NCBI RefSeq assembly: GCF_036365525.1
Contig: NC_090383.1
Coordinates: 6,084,453 to 6,148,452 of the forward strand
Direction: 5' to 3'
Length of the DNA stretch: 64,000 nucleotides
Source: Heterodontus francisci
Taxonomy: Eukaryota
Below the pieces are notes generated by a model. It was not told the DNA's origin. It was given only the letters and a program-made list of their open reading frames with translations, and did not search any database. The translations under genes and the position numbers were made by a program. Shown here piece after piece: positions 63,811-64,000 of the stretch. Each line of letters opens with the position of its first letter. Position 1 is the first letter of the stretch.

Positions 63811-64000
63811 CTAAATTGATATCCTCTGGTTCCACATTCCAAGCTTACTTTGAAGTATTTTCTGAGGTTACCTTCTGTATTTCATTTACTGGTTTGTATA
63901 CTTCACTGAGATCTGCCCTTGACATCTAAATCACTAAACTGTACAGCATGAAGTTCTCTCCTCTTTTCTGATAGCTTTTCTTTCTTCTTGATCAATTTGC

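Overview
Eukaryotic, repeat-rich vertebrate DNA. The SINE and LINE content (HE1/V-SINE-like, Deu-domain SINE, CR1, L2, RTE) points to a shark or ray. Two genes can be recognised. A complete 4-exon otoraplin gene (OTOR/MIAL1, 132 aa) lies on the minus strand at 39624-35001. The CpG-island promoter and first coding exon of KIF16B lie on the plus strand at 54963-55009. SNRPB2, which sits between these genes in human, could not be found by eye. Below OTOR, about 10 short minus-strand segments with good splice signals (34.3 kb to 0.26 kb) suggest an unidentified multi-exon transcript. The rest is transposon-derived: a decayed Harbinger transposase with GGGCTG(A/G)ATTTT-ended MITEs, a hAT MITE, Gypsy/LTR remnants, Penelope-like tails and many LINE fragments, often nested. 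The notable structures are a ~400 bp inverted duplication in KIF16B intron 1, a G-rich higher-order minisatellite derived from a MITE, and an RTE insertion with a 45-bp target duplication. Repeat boundaries were read by eye and are approximate unless TIRs or TSDs are quoted.
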